Positions 63,982 through 64,000 of a stretch of DNA of 64,000 bases are shown here, piece by piece. Numbering within the stretch: the stretch's first letter is position 1; each line of letters begins with the position of its first letter. Made by a program: the position numbers and the translations under genes. This DNA is from a virus (Duplodnaviria; Caudoviricetes): positions 2,612 to 66,611 of the IMG/VR virus record IMGVR_UViG_2706795967_000001; one strand, given 5' to 3'. Below the pieces are notes generated by a model that was not told the DNA's origin, did not search any database, and saw only the letters and a list, made by a program, of their open reading frames with translations.

Positions 63982-64000
63982 CCAACCCAGAAGGACTACA

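Noticed and set aside
1-64000. tRNA genes, integrase/attP, immunity repressor, reverse transcriptase/DGR
   Set aside because: None recognisable by eye. The GGTTCGAA near 24428 is inside the lysin gene. tRNAscan/Aragorn would be needed to exclude tRNAs fully.

Overview
The window holds most of the genome of a lytic, GC-rich actinobacteriophage with siphovirus-type gene content. The host is probably a mycolic-acid actinomycete (Gordonia/Rhodococcus/Mycobacterium group), inferred from a LysB-like cutinase, an LGFP-repeat amidase and a DUF732 lipoprotein. Every credible gene lies on the + strand. Gene order: portal C-terminus; seven Arg/Lys-rich ORFs; JAB metalloprotease; scaffold, decoration and capsid; head-tail connectors; tail tube, chaperones and a 2256-aa tape measure; minor tails and a collagen fibre; lysis cassette; a ~730-bp non-coding alternating purine-pyrimidine/palindrome region; early genes; SNF2-like helicase and HNH; a ~320-nt highly structured intergenic element; RecB/Sak4/SSB recombination module; putative nucleotide-modification genes; a split DnaE; ThyX; RuvC; primase-helicase followed by an iteron-type origin; small terminase; LysB. 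TerL and the portal N-terminus would lie just outside the window. I saw no integrase, repressor, tRNA or CRISPR array. Most interesting signals: (1) a candidate large ncRNA at 37.53-37.85 kb whose long stems mismatch almost only as G-U pairs; (2) a head module with no canonical prohead protease but with a JAB protease next to five proteins that carry N-terminal di-Gly motifs (WGNALGG x3, KFFAFGGDGG x2); (3) the palindrome-rich 26.2-26.95 kb region; (4) a G6-tract frameshift that splits the tail fibre; (5) DnaE split around an inserted ORF. All family assignments come from motifs read by eye; no database search was run.
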